Shown: positions 41,132 to 54,300 of the stretch, piece by piece | Layout of the letters: each line of letters opens with the position of its first letter | Numbering within the stretch: position 1 is the stretch's first letter | Source of the DNA: an uncultured Chloroflexia bacterium | GTDB lineage: Bacteria; Chloroflexota; Limnocylindria; Limnocylindrales; CSP1-4 | NCBI GenBank assembly: GCA_963748625.1 | Contig: CAVVJT010000010.1 | Coordinates: 1 to 64,000, forward strand | Direction of reading: 5' to 3' | DNA length: 64,000 bases | The notes under the pieces: model-generated | The model's input: the letters and a program-made list of their open reading frames with translations, nothing else | Database searches by the model: none | Told to the model about the DNA's origin: nothing | Translations under genes and position numbers: made by a program

Positions 41132-41347
41132 CAACCACCGTACGGTCTCATGGGCGGTCGCACTGGTACGGATGGGTACTGACGAAGCCGCACGCAACCG
41201 GGCAACGTGCGTGGTGGCACCGGGCCTCCCCAGGTGCCCTCACGGCCCGCCCGCGGTCAGGCGGCGGTGCCGGCGCCCAGCACACGGCCGGAGTGGGCGC
41301 GGCAGGAGACGGCCGCCGCGCATGTGGCCCACCCGGGAGGTTGATCG

Positions 41348-42328
41348 ATGGAGATGGAGTACAAGGACCCGTCCAAGCGCGGGCGGTTCATCGTCCTCCT
41401 TGGCCTGGTCCTGGCGATCGTCGCCGGCGGGGCCGCCTTCTACCTCGTGAACAACGCGACGAACACGGCCAAGCAGCAAGGCGCCGCCGTTGTCTCCGGC
41501 TATGTCGCCGCCGTCGCCATCCCGGCCGGCAAGCCGCTGGCCAAGGAGCAGATCGTCCTTCGCACGGACATCCCGGCGTCGATGGTGGACCCCACCCTCC
41601 TGTTCACGAAGGAGGAGGAGATCGTGGGCCTGCCGCTCGCGATCGCCGTCCCCACCGGCCAGATCCTCACCCGCAACATGCTTGGCGCAGCGACCGCCGG
41701 CCTGGAGTTCACGATCCTCGACCCCCTCGAGACCGTCGCGCCCGACGCCGAGGCGTGGCGCGCGGTGTCCATCTCTGTCCCCGATGACCGGGCCGTCGGT
41801 GGCGTGCTCGGGCCGCGGATGAAGGTGGACATCATGGTCACCTCCGCGGTCGCGGCCCCCTTCACCGAGGCTGCTGCTGTACCGAACGACCCGGCAGCCA
41901 CGCCCCGCCCGACGCCGAGGCCGACCGCCTACTACACCGACGGTGTCGGGAGCAAGATCACCTACCAGGGCATGCAGATCCTGACCCGTAACGGCACGTT
42001 CTACGTGCTGAAGGTGCCGCTCCGGGTGGCCGAGGAGCTCGCCCACCTGCAGACCGACGGGGCCGTCTGGTTCACGCTCATGCTGCGACCCGAACAGGAC
42101 ACGCGGATCCTGGATGCGTCGACGCTCGGCGCGACGACCAGCCGGATCATCGAACGGTACGGCCTGCCGCTGGTGGAGCAGTTCCCTGCCCCGGGCCAGT
42201 CGCCACGCACGAACCCGCCGATCCCCGAGCTGACCCCGCCGCCGTCCCCGACGCCCGCCCCGGCCGATGGTGGCGCGGCATCGCCCGCCGCTCCGACGCC
42301 CGCTCCAACGGCCTCGCCCGCAGGCTGA
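41348..42328 (+). CDS. CpaB/RcpC-like SAF-domain Flp/Tad pilus assembly protein
   Basis: N-terminal TM, SAF motif VAAVAIPAGKPL...GQILT, WRAVSISVPDDRAVGGVLGP..KVDI; GGGAGG RBS. Confidence 0.8.
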   Translation: MEMEYKDPSKRGRFIVLLGLVLAIVAGGAAFYLVNNATNTAKQQGAAVVSGYVAAVAIPAGKPLAKEQIVLRTDIPASMVDPTLLFTKEEEIVGLPLAIAVPTGQILTRNMLGAATAGLEFTILDPLETVAPDAEAWRAVSISVPDDRAVGGVLGPRMKVDIMVTSAVAAPFTEAAAVPNDPAATPRPTPRPTAYYTDGVGSKITYQGMQILTRNGTFYVLKVPLRVAEELAHLQTDGAVWFTLMLRPEQDTRILDASTLGATTSRIIERYGLPLVEQFPAPGQSPRTNPPIPELTPPPSPTPAPADGGAASPAAPTPAPTASPAG

Positions 42329-42370
42329 CTCCGCTGGACGTCGATGGGGTCGGCCCAGCCGCCTCCGCCG

Positions 42371-42413
42371 CCCGACGCTGACACCGCAGGACGCCACCCG
42401 ACGCTGACACCGC
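42371..42413. repeat. 17-bp direct repeat x2
   Basis: CCCGACGCTGACACCGC at 42371 and 42397. Confidence 0.6.
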
Positions 42414-42465
42414 CAGGCGCCTTCCGCCGACTCCATCGCGCGCTGCTGACCCGGCGCGCCTCCCA

Positions 42466-42496
42466 CCGCCCGGCCGGGCTCTGCCCGGCCGGGCGG
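42466..42496. terminator. Hairpin between convergent cpaB-like gene and coaE
   Basis: Perfect 14-bp stem CCGCCCGGCCGGGC-tct-GCCCGGCCGGGCGG. Confidence 0.65.
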
Positions 42497-42511
42497 CTCC
42501 GTGTCCTGCGT

Positions 42512-43197
42512 CTACCTGGGCGCCGCGACCGCCTCGTCGAGCGCGCCGGTGACGGTGCGCCTCGTGGCGTCGGCCGTCCCTGACGTATCGATCACGCGAG
42601 TGGCCACCGGTCGCAGCCGCTCCTCCATCCCCGCCTGGGCGGCCACGCGCTGGTCGGCGGTGTCCGGCGGGGTCCCGCGTCCGATGATCCGCTCCCGCTG
42701 GACAGTGGGCGTGCAGGTGATCAGCCAGACCTCGTCGCACAGCGCCGCAAGGCCACCCTCGACCAGCTTGATGGCCTCGATCGCGACCGCCGGCGCCCCG
42801 GAAGCCTCGGCCTCATCCATCCTGCGCAGGATCACCGGCCGCACTGCCGGGTGGACGATGGCCTCGAGCTCCGCGAGCGCGGAGGGCGAGGCGAACACGA
42901 CCCGTCCAAGCGATGCCCGGTCCAGCGTGCCGTCGGGGCGGCGGACCGCGGCACCGAAGCGGGCAAGGATCTGCGCATGGACGTCCGTCCCGGGCGCGGT
43001 CACATCGCGGGCGACCTCGTCGGCGTCGATCACGGCCACACCGAGCGCCGCCAGCCACCGGCCGACCTGGGACTTGCCGCACCCGATCGGGCCGGTGATG
43101 CCGATCCGGACGCTGCGCGGACGCGCGGCTCCGGGCGCAGGCCACTCGGGCACCATCTGCCCTGGCGTCGTCGGCCCGGGCGTCCGAGGTTCATCGC

Positions 43198-43201
<4 letters not shown>
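42512..43201 (-). CDS. coaE: Dephospho-CoA kinase
   Basis: IGITGPIGCGKS, IDADEVAR, LDRASLG..VF, LEAIVHP. Confidence 0.94.
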
Positions 43202-45221
<2,020 letters not shown>

Positions 45222-45225
<4 letters not shown>

Positions 45226-46316
45226 GCGGGCACCGTACCGGGTCCGGGGCCGATCGCGCCGCCCGGCGGCGCCGAGCCGGCTCTCGCCGCCGCGCGCCGT
45301 GCCGCCGCAGCAGCCTTCGTGCGCTCCGCCCGCTCGCGGGCCTGCTGCGCCTCGTCGGTGGTACGGCCGAGGACTCCCTCGCCGTCGAGCTCCACCCAGC
45401 GACGCCCCTTGCGGCCGGTGGCGGCGCGGCCGCGTCGAGGGGTCATGGTGCTGAGCAGCTTCGCGGCGGCCGAGCGTTCGGCAGCAGGCAGGCGCTGGCA
45501 GAAGGAGCAGAAGTGGGTGGCGCGGATGCCGATGACGATCCGGCGGATCGGGCGGCCACAGCGCGCGCAGGGCTGGCCGGTGCGCTGGTAGACGTCCAGG
45601 CGTTCCTGCATCCCGCCGTCGCCATCGGGCGCGGTGTAGTCGTCGATGGAGCTCCCGCGGCGCTCGACCGCCTCGACCAGGATGTCGATCACGTTCCGGT
45701 AGAGGACCCGCTCGTCGTGGGGCCGCAGCGAGGCCGCGGAGCGGAGCGGGTGCAGCCTGGAGCGCCACAGGGCCTCGTCGGCGTAGATGTTGCCGATGCC
45801 GACCACGAACGACTGGTCCACCAGGAGCGGCTTGAGACGGCCCCGGCGGGTGCGCAGCCTGGCGCGCCAGGCCTTGAGGGTGAAGCGGGGGTCCAGCGGC
45901 TCAGGGCCGAGTCCGTCGAAGGGATCGTCGTCGGCAGCGTAGAGCTCGATGCGACCGAACTTGCGCACGTCCCGGAAGCGGATCTCGCGACCGTCACCGA
46001 GCGTGATGGCAAGGCGCTCGTACGGGTCCCGCGGCAGGTCCTCCGGGACGACGAAGACCTGGCCGGTCATCTTGAGGTGGATCGTGAGGAAGGCGCCGCC
46101 GTCCAGGTCGACAACGATGTTCTTGCCGCGTCGTCCGACGCCTTCGATACGGCGACCCGTGACGCCCGCGATGAAGGCGTCCGGGTCCTCGTCGCGCAGG
46201 GTGCGCGCCCACGAGACGCGCGCGCCGGCGATCTCCGGGCCGCTCGACCCCACAACTGGGAGCAGGTGGCGACGGAGGTCACGGGCAACGGTCTCGACCT
46301 CGGGTAGCTCAGGCAT
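45222..46316 (-). CDS. mutM: Formamidopyrimidine-DNA glycosylase with C-terminal extension
   Basis: MPELPEVE, RRGK, HLKMTG, DVRKFG, GIGNIYADE, C4 zinc finger. Confidence 0.95.
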
Positions 46317-46580
46317 CGCCCGAGAGGATACCGAGGACCCGCTCCAGGGCCCGATCGGGGTGGCGCCGGACTGGCCGGGTCGGGCGGGCGGGCGCGGTGG
46401 CCGGGTGGGCCGGCCGTCGCCATCCCGACGCCGAAACCGCTGTTGCCCCGCATGTCGCCCCGCGTGGGGGCCAGATCCGGACCGTGCACGCACGGACTGC
46501 GTGGCAAACCCCGACGTTCGCCCCCGGACCACGCTCAGGCGGCCCCGGAACGGCCCACACGTGGGGCGCCAGCAGCGTTG

Positions 46581-46706
46581 GGCGGGCCGCGGCCGGGGCG
46601 GGGCGGCGGGCCGCGGCCGGGGCGGGGCCGGGTCGGGTGCGCGGCCGGGGCGGAGCTGGGCGGGGCCGGAGCCGGGGCGGGTGCGCGGCCGGTGCCGGGG
46701 GCGGGC
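46581..46706 (+). repeat. G-rich tract with an exact 24-bp tandem duplication
   Basis: GGCGGGCCGCGGCCGGGGCGGGGC at 46581 and 46605, followed by degenerate copies. Confidence 0.7.
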
Positions 46707-46768
46707 CAGGCCTCGCCTCACGGATCCCGCTTCGCGGTGCGATGACGTCGGGCACCATGAGGGGACAC

Positions 46769-47995
46769 ATGCCGACCATCCCCCCTGCCGACGCCCGCGC
46801 CGCCCGCCGCGCCGTGTCGGTGATCTTCCTCGCAAACGGTGCGATCTCCGGGTCCATGCTGTCGCGGCTGCCGGCGATCTCCGGGTCTCTCGACCTCACG
46901 CAGGGCGAGCTCGGGACGGCCGTCGCCGCGATGGCGGTTGGCGGCCTGATCGCAGGCGGGCTCGTGGGCATCCTCGTCGGGCGGTTCGGGTCGGCGCGGG
47001 TGGCGATCGTCGCGGGCACGGCGACGGCGCTCTCGCTCGCGGCGGTGGGGCTGGCCTCGTCCTGGGCGCTGCTGGCCGCCGCCTTCCTGGTCATGGGCAT
47101 GTTCGACGCGACAATGGACGCGTCGATGAACGCGCACGGCGTCGGGGTACAGCGCATCTACCGGCGCTCGATCCTCCAGGGCTTCCACGGCATGTGGAGC
47201 GTGGGTGGCGTGATCGGGTCGTTCATCGGGGCGATCCTCGCGGCCGCCGGCGTGGCGGTGGCGGTCCACTTTGGGGTCGCGGCGATCGTGCTGGCGATCA
47301 CCGTCCTCGTGGCGGGCAGGTACCTGCTCCCCTCGCCCATCGCCGACGCTCCGCACGACGCGCTCTCGGCATCCGAGCCCCTCCGGCCCCGGATGATCCC
47401 ACACCTCCTGCGGGTCCTCGTACCGATCGCCGCGCTCGGCATCCTGTGCGTCACGCTCCAGGGGTCTGCGGCCACGTGGGGTGCGGTGTTCCTCGCCGAC
47501 GTGCTGGGTGCCCCGGAGGGCATCGCCGCGGCCACGTTCACGGTCTACATGTCGGCGATGGTGCTGGGCCGCCTGACCAACGACTACTGGGTGAACCGCC
47601 TGGGGCCTACGAAGGTGGTCCGCATCGGGGCGCTGATCGGCGGGACCGGGCTCGTCCTCGCCATCGCGTCCGCACCGCTCGGCGCCGTCCCTGTCGCCGT
47701 CCTGGGCTTCGCGCTCGTGGGCTACGGGTCATCGCCCATGTTCCCGGTGATGGTCGGCGCGGCGGGCTCGCGCCCGGGGATCCCGGCGGCCCACGGGATC
47801 GCGGTGGCGTCGTGGCTGGTGCGCGTCGGCATGATCATCGCCCCGGCGATGATCGGGATCGCGGCGGATTCGTGGGGGCTGGCGGTCGCGCTCGGGATCC
47901 CACTGGTGGCGGCCGGCGTGATCGCGGCGATGGCGCCGGTGCTCGCGGGCGGCACGGTGCGGCGACGGGGGCGCGACAGCGTCCCGGCCGCCTGA
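46769..47995 (+). CDS. MFS transporter (YbjJ-like)
   Basis: About 12 TMs; DASMNAHG, FHGMWSVG, MVLGRL. Confidence 0.9.
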   Translation: MPTIPPADARAARRAVSVIFLANGAISGSMLSRLPAISGSLDLTQGELGTAVAAMAVGGLIAGGLVGILVGRFGSARVAIVAGTATALSLAAVGLASSWALLAAAFLVMGMFDATMDASMNAHGVGVQRIYRRSILQGFHGMWSVGGVIGSFIGAILAAAGVAVAVHFGVAAIVLAITVLVAGRYLLPSPIADAPHDALSASEPLRPRMIPHLLRVLVPIAALGILCVTLQGSAATWGAVFLADVLGAPEGIAAATFTVYMSAMVLGRLTNDYWVNRLGPTKVVRIGALIGGTGLVLAIASAPLGAVPVAVLGFALVGYGSSPMFPVMVGAAGSRPGIPAAHGIAVASWLVRVGMIIAPAMIGIAADSWGLAVALGIPLVAAGVIAAMAPVLAGGTVRRRGRDSVPAA

Positions 47996-48063
47996 CGGGG
48001 GCTGCCACCCCTGCCGCCTGACGGTCCCCCCCGTCGCAGGAGCCTGACGGGAGCCCGCGCGAC

Positions 48064-51000
48064 CTACGCCCCGAGCCCCGCCGGCGCCTCGTCGGCCTCC
48101 GCAAGCACGGCGTCGCGCCGGCTCACCGGCGTCATCCCCTCCCACGAGTCCCCCACCTTCGCCTCCACGGTGAGCGGCACCGAGAGCGGCAGCGCCCCCT
48201 CCATCGTCTCGCGCAGCAGCGCCACCACCCGGTCCACCTCGTGGCGTGGCGCCTCGACCAGCAGCTCGTCGTGCACCGACAGCAGCAGCCGCGCCCGGAA
48301 CGAGCCCTCGCGCAGCGCGCGATCGGCGCGGATCATCGCGATCTTCACGATGTCGGCGGCTGTGCCCTGGATCGGCATGTTGATCGCCATCCGCTCGCCG
48401 GCCGCCTTCAACGCCCGGTTCGACGAGGCCAGCTCCGGGATCTGGCGCTTGCGGCCCAGCAGTGTCGACACGTACCCCAGGTCGGCCGCGGTCTCCCGGA
48501 TGTGGATCATGTACCGGCTGATGCCCGTGTACGCCGTGAAGTAGGAGTTGATGAACTCCTGTGCGTCCTGGCGCGAGATCCCCGCCCGCGACGACAGCCC
48601 GAAATCGCTCATCCCGTAGGCCAGGCCGAAGTTGACCATCTTGGCCATCGAACGCTCGTCGGAGGTGACGTCTTCGGGCGCCTTGTGCAGCACGCGCGCG
48701 GCCGTCTCGCGGTGGATGTCGGCATCGCGGGCAAACGCATCGGCGAGGTGCTCGTCGCCCGAGACGTGCGCCAGCACGCGCAGCTCGATCTGGCTGTAGT
48801 CGGCGGCGACCAGCGTCGTGTCGGGCGAGCCCGCGACGAACGCGTGCCGGATCCGCCTGCCGAGCGGCGTGCGGATCGGGATGTTCTGGAGGTTCGGGTC
48901 GGACGACGACAGGCGCCCGGTGGCCGCGACGGCCTGGTGGAACAGCGTGTGCAGCCGCCCGTCCGGGCCAATGAGCAGCGGCAGCGCCTCCACGTAGGTC
49001 GACCGCAGCTTCGTGTAGGTGCGCCAGTCCAGCACGGGCTCGATGATCGGGTGGACGCCGCGCAGCTCCTCGAGGACCGTCGCGTCGGTCGAGTAGCCGG
49101 TCTTGGTCTTGCGGCCCTTCGGCAGCTTGAGCTCCTCGAACAGGATCTCGCCCAGCTGCTTGGGACTGCCGATGGTGAACCGGTGGCCGACGACCGCGTA
49201 GATCTCGGTCTCGAGCCGGTCGATCTCCGTCGCGAATTCGGTCTCCAGCGCGCGCAGGGCGTCCTGGTCGAGCGCGACGCCCGCCGCCTCCATCCGCGCG
49301 AGGATCGGGATCAGGGGCAGCTCGATCTCGGCGAACAGCCGCTCGGCGCCGGTGTCGCGCAGCGCCTGCTCCAGGCTCGGGCGGACCGCCAGCGCGGAGA
49401 GGGCGTCGAGCGCCGCCATCGTCGCGGGCGGGAACCCGGCGGCAGCCGGCGGCAGAACGAGGTCCAGCCGCTCCGCGACCACGTCGGCGATCTTCTGGGC
49501 CCGCAGGGCGGCGTTGACGAGATACGCGGCGACCTGGGTGTCGAAGGCGACCGCCGTCGCCGGCGCCGACGCGTCCTCCGCGAAGCGCGCTGTCAGGATC
49601 GCCTTGACCTCGTGCCCGACGAGCGGCGTCCCGATGGCCTCGAGCAGGTGGCGCAGGGCGATGGAGGCATCCGGGCCGTCAGCGGCGACCACACGTCCGT
49701 CCATGCCGGCGACGGCAAGCGCGAGCGGGATCCCGGCCAGCGGGCGCGGGTTGTCGAGCGCCATGGCGACGCCGACGGCGGGCTGGGCGCGCAGCCATGG
49801 CTCGAGGCCGGCGACGCCATCCTCGGCGACGAGCTCGAGACGCCCGGGGTCCTCAAGGGCGGCAGCCAGCGCCGCCGGCAGGTCGCCTTCCGCGACCGCG
49901 AGGGCCTCGGCACGGGCCTCGGGCGATGTCGGGCGGGCGTCGGGCGTGGTCACGGTTGTCGATGCTGTCGAGTCCGCCGCAGCCGCGGGCGCAGCGCCCG
50001 ACACCACGTCGAAGTCGAGCGAGAGTGCGAGCTGGCCGCCGGCGCGCGGGCCGGCGTACTCCCGCGGGCCCCGGCCACCGGGAGCACCCGGCGCACCGGC
50101 GCCGGCGCCGCCCGGGCCACCCGAGCCACCGGGCTTCTGGGCTGCGGGGAAGCCGGCGTCGCGCAGCTCGCGCATGGCGGTGATCGCGTCCTCGGGCCGT
50201 TCGCCCACGAGCGGTGGCAGACGGTCGATGAGGGTGCGGAACTCCAGCTCCCGGAAGAGGCGCACGACCTCATCGCGGTCGTACTCCCCCAGCCTGCCCC
50301 GGGCCGGATCGAAGGCGATGTCGCCGGCCCGAACGAGGCGCATGAGCTCGCGGCTCTCGAGGACGGTCGCCTTGTGGTCGGCGAGAAGGGGTTGGAGCTT
50401 GACCGGCGTGACCTCGTCGAGATGCTCGTACAGCGCGTCGAGCGTGCCCCAGGTCTGGACCAGCTTCGCCGCGGTCTTCTCGCCCACGCCGGGAATGCCC
50501 GGGATGTTGTCCGAGTTGTCGCCCTTGAGCGACTTGTAGTCGAGCATCTGGTCAGGCCTCAGGCCCCACCGCTCGTCGATCTTCGCGATGTCGTAGGTGA
50601 CCGTGTTCGACACGCCCCCTCGAAGCGACACCATCAGCTTCGTCCGGTCGCCCACGAGCTGGAGCATGTCCAGGTCACCCGTGAGGATGACCACCTCGAG
50701 GTCGGCGGCCTCGGCCTGGCCCACGAGCGTGGCGATGACATCATCGGCCTCGAACCCCTCGAGCTCGTACACCGGGATGCCGAGCGCGGCGACCACCTCG
50801 CGAACCTTCGGGATCTGGACGCGCATGTCGTCGGGCATGCGGGTACGGGTTGCCTTGTACTCCGCGTACCGCTCGTGCCGGAACGTCGGCTTGCCCAGAT
50901 CGAAGGCGACGGCGAGGCGGTCCGGCTTCGCGTCCTGGATCGCGCGCAGAACGATGTTCGTGAAGCCGAAGACGGCGGTGACGAGCTCACCCTTCGACGT

Positions 51001-51078
51001 GGTCAGCGGCTGGTCGATCAGCGCGAAGTAGCCACGGTAGATGAGGCCGTTGCCGTCGAGCAGGAGGAGGCGTTCCAT
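48064..51078 (-). CDS. polA: DNA polymerase I
   Basis: LLDG..YRGYF, YKATR, GFEADD, GDNSDNIPG; TGRLSSSDPNLQNIP, ADYSQIELR, AKMVNFGLAYG, VHDEL. Confidence 0.97.
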   Translation of the reverse strand: MERLLLLDGNGLIYRGYFALIDQPLTTSKGELVTAVFGFTNIVLRAIQDAKPDRLAVAFDLGKPTFRHERYAEYKATRTRMPDDMRVQIPKVREVVAALGIPVYELEGFEADDVIATLVGQAEAADLEVVILTGDLDMLQLVGDRTKLMVSLRGGVSNTVTYDIAKIDERWGLRPDQMLDYKSLKGDNSDNIPGIPGVGEKTAAKLVQTWGTLDALYEHLDEVTPVKLQPLLADHKATVLESRELMRLVRAGDIAFDPARGRLGEYDRDEVVRLFRELEFRTLIDRLPPLVGERPEDAITAMRELRDAGFPAAQKPGGSGGPGGAGAGAPGAPGGRGPREYAGPRAGGQLALSLDFDVVSGAAPAAAADSTASTTVTTPDARPTSPEARAEALAVAEGDLPAALAAALEDPGRLELVAEDGVAGLEPWLRAQPAVGVAMALDNPRPLAGIPLALAVAGMDGRVVAADGPDASIALRHLLEAIGTPLVGHEVKAILTARFAEDASAPATAVAFDTQVAAYLVNAALRAQKIADVVAERLDLVLPPAAAGFPPATMAALDALSALAVRPSLEQALRDTGAERLFAEIELPLIPILARMEAAGVALDQDALRALETEFATEIDRLETEIYAVVGHRFTIGSPKQLGEILFEELKLPKGRKTKTGYSTDATVLEELRGVHPIIEPVLDWRTYTKLRSTYVEALPLLIGPDGRLHTLFHQAVAATGRLSSSDPNLQNIPIRTPLGRRIRHAFVAGSPDTTLVAADYSQIELRVLAHVSGDEHLADAFARDADIHRETAARVLHKAPEDVTSDERSMAKMVNFGLAYGMSDFGLSSRAGISRQDAQEFINSYFTAYTGISRYMIHIRETAADLGYVSTLLGRKRQIPELASSNRALKAAGERMAINMPIQGTAADIVKIAMIRADRALREGSFRARLLLSVHDELLVEAPRHEVDRVVALLRETMEGALPLSVPLTVEAKVGDSWEGMTPVSRRDAVLAEADEAPAGLGA

Positions 51079-51319
51079 CGGCTCCGAGCCAGCGGGTTGG
51101 ATCACGGCCAGTGTAGCCGCGGGACGCACTGGGGCTCACGATGCCAAGCGCTCGTCCAGCTCCGCCATCGACCCGACAAACCAGTGGTGCCGCCCGCGAT
51201 TCGACTCCCGCACCAGGGCACCGAACGCGTTCGACGACGCGGCGGGCTCGGGCAGCGGCCCGACGATCACCATCGCCGCCGGGCGACGGCCGCGCCTCAC
51301 GTCAGCCGTCCCCGGCGCC

Positions 51320-54300
51320 TCAGAACCTCCGCACGATGATGCCTCCCCTCGTGAGCGGCACCGTGTGCTTCGCCGCGGACGTGGCCATGCTCATGGCGGC
51401 GACCCGCGCGCCGGCCGGATCTCTGAGCTCGACCCAGATCCGGTCGGTGGCCGTGCGGTCGCGGACGTAGAGCGTGATCGTGTAGCCGCTCTTGGGGGCG
51501 GTCCACCCGGGCGCCTGATAGCTCGCGCGCCCGGAGAGCTTCGCCCAGGTCGTCGTGCCGTCGCGGCCGATCCTGAGCTGCGAGAGCGTGCTCGCCCGGA
51601 CCACGTGCTGCCCGCCGGGCGCCCAGCGGATGAGCAGGATGCTTCCCTTGGGCGTGGCGCCACTGGAGCGGGCACGGGCCGTGAATGCGAAGCGGGTGAT
51701 GCCGCCCTTGCCGGGCCAGGTGAAGGCTCCGCCTCCGGAGGCCGAGCCCGTGCGCGGATCGGCGACCGCCAGCGCGCCGGTCGTGGCGCCCGCGAAGCGG
51801 ACACCATCGGCGGTGGCCTGCACCGCGTACGCCTTGGGCGACAGCTGCGCGAACGGGCACGTGACCACCAGGCTGCGCCCGTAGCCGCTGCCGCTCGGGG
51901 TCCTGGTGCACCGTCCAGACGGGGCGATCGCGCTCCCGCCGGACACCGGGACCAGCCGGATGGACAGGCCGGCCGTCCCGATGTCGCCGGGCAGCGCATC
52001 ACCCGCAGCCGTGTCAGGCACGGTCTCGGTCGCCACGACCTTCAGCGAGATGGGGCCGCTCTTCCCGGTCGTGGCCCGGACCTTCACGAAGGCAGGATTC
52101 GTGGCGGACAGGGCCAGCGTCGCGTCCTCGGCCGCCACGTTCACGGTGAGGTCGATCGCGGTGCTCAGCGTGCCGTCGGTCGCCGTGACCTTCGTCGGGT
52201 AGACGCCTGCCTTCGCAGCCACCGTGCCCGAGACCTGCGCCGTGCAGGTGCTGCCCGACCCGTCGGGCACGCAGGCAGTCGGCCCGATCGCGAGCCCGGC
52301 CGGCAGGCCGGTCGCGGCGATCGTGAGCGACGGGGAGTCGGCATCGGTGGCCGTGACGATGACCGGCGCGATGCCGTCACCGTGCTGCGCCGACACCGAC
52401 GTCGCGTCGACGCTCACGGCCAGGGCGTCCTCGGTGCCGGTCACCGAGATCCGGACCAATCCGGTGTCCGTGCCTCCGTGCCCATCCGCGACCGTGTAGC
52501 CGAAGCTGTCCGTCACGGTGTCGCCGGGGTGCAGGGTCTCGAACCGGCCCGACGGGTCCCAGGTCACGGTGCCGTCCGGATTGACGTTCGCTGCACCGGT
52601 GGTCGACCCCGTGTCGAGCCCGGTCACGACCAGCGTGTCGCCATCGGGGTCGTGGTCGTTGGCGACCAGGTCCAGGGTGATCGGGGCGTCCTCGGACGTG
52701 GTGGCGATGTCATCGACCGCCACCGGCGCGCCGTTCGTCCAGGTGCCGACCGCGACCGGGTCCACGATCCGCCCGTCGGCGACGAGGTCCGCGTCGCCTT
52801 CACCGCCGTCGACGAGGTCGAACCGGGCGACGAGGGCAGAGAAGCCCGGGAACGAGGGGTCCAGCTCGGCCTCGACCTCGTGCCAGTGGGTGGTGGGATC
52901 CGTCGCGCTGGGGCCGTGCTTCCATACGCCCTGGATGGATGCGTCCAGCGGGACATACAGGCGCGCCGTGACGCGGCCGCCCGTGGCCACGCCCCCGACC
53001 GTGAAGGCGACCAGCCCATACGGCAGCTGCAGGCGCGCCGGCGTGCCCACAGGGACCGGTGCCGCAGCGACGTCCGAGAGCCAGGTCCCGGGCGGCACCG
53101 TCACCATCACGTAGGCACCGTCGACCGCATTGGGCAGCGAGGCGACGTCCGGCTCCCCGGCGTCGGGTACGCCGTTCCCACTGGCATCACCGTCGTTGGG
53201 ACCTGCGCGCTCGACCGTATCGGCCACGCCGTCGTTGTCCCTGTCACCGTCGAGTCCGTCGAGGACGCCGTCCCCGTCGGTGTCCGAGGACAGCGGGTTG
53301 AGCCCGAGGTCCCGCTCCAGGTCGTCGGCCAGCCCGTCGCCGGCCGACGCCGCACCCGGGCGGTGCCCGGAGTCGCCGTCGGGGAGCGTGGGATCCGATG
53401 TCACCCACGCCTGGACTGCCCTTCCGTGGAATGCGAACGCGATGGCCCAGCCCTCGACCTCCTCGGCATCGGTGAGGGTGTCGCCGTCGGAGTCGATGAC
53501 GCGCGGGTCCGTGCCAAGCTCCACCTCGCGGCCGTCGGACAGCCCGTCGCGGTCGGTGTCGAAGCCGTCCACGAGGCCGTCGTGGTCCAGGTCCTCGATG
53601 TTCGGGTCGGTGTGCAGCACGTTCACCTCGTAGCCGTCCGGCAGGCCGTCGCCGTCGCTGTCGGCCATTCCCTCGACGGTCGAGATCTCGATCTCGAGGC
53701 CGTCGCCGTCCTCGTCGAGTGGTCGGATGACGCGCCACCAGTCAAGGAAGCCGGCGAACGTGGCAGGGAGCACGTCGTAGACCTTCGTCTCGATCAGCTC
53801 GTACTCGGGCGCATCGCCCTCGCCGCTGAAGTAGTGGTTGCAGGCGTAGTGCTCGCACTTGATGGCAGCGGCGATCCCCTTCGCCTCGACGTGGTAGGTG
53901 ACCGCGAACTCGGGGTCAGGTGCCGCCGGGAGAACCCAGGCCTGCACCTCGTGGCGCTGGCAGCAGCTCTGCGCGACGAGGTTCTCGGCCAACCGGTAGA
54001 CCTCGACGTCCGACTGGTGGCTGCCGGCGATGACCTCGTCGACCTGCCATGTCGTGGTGTCTCTCGGCGTGGTGTCGGTCGCATCGTCGGGCGGCGTGCC
54101 CGGCGTCGCCCACAGGCCCGCGCCCGCCCACGTCCACCACAGGTCGTACAGGTAGGACCAGGTGTCGTAGTCGCCTGATGGGTCGATGTAGCCCACCGGG
54201 AAATCGCTGGCGTACGTGTCGGAAGACACGCCGATGGCGTCACCCACGTCGATCCCGTTGCCGTCGGCATCCTCGAGAACGGCGCGCGTGCGCTCCAGCC

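Noticed and set aside
41176-41220. CTGACGA as a hammerhead ribozyme core
   Set aside because: No downstream GAAA or required stems
42371-42413. Direct repeats as a mini-CRISPR
   Set aside because: Only two 17-bp copies with a 9-nt spacer; no cas genes; no array seen anywhere in the window
47990-48050. GCCTGACGG x3 between convergent MFS and polA
   Set aside because: Short GC-rich motif within an imperfect terminator-like stem; no support for a separate element
51222-51233. CGAACGCGTTCG palindrome upstream of polA as a LexA box
   Set aside because: Spacer is 2 nt rather than 4 nt, and it lies about 100 nt from the polA -10 (TACACT)
48241-54178. Very long plus-strand ORFs (1032 aa and 1045 aa), and similar ones such as 33761-36316, 38856-41009 and 8408-10858
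   Set aside because: Antisense shadows of real genes in very GC-rich DNA; Arg/Gly/Ala-rich with no recognisable motifs
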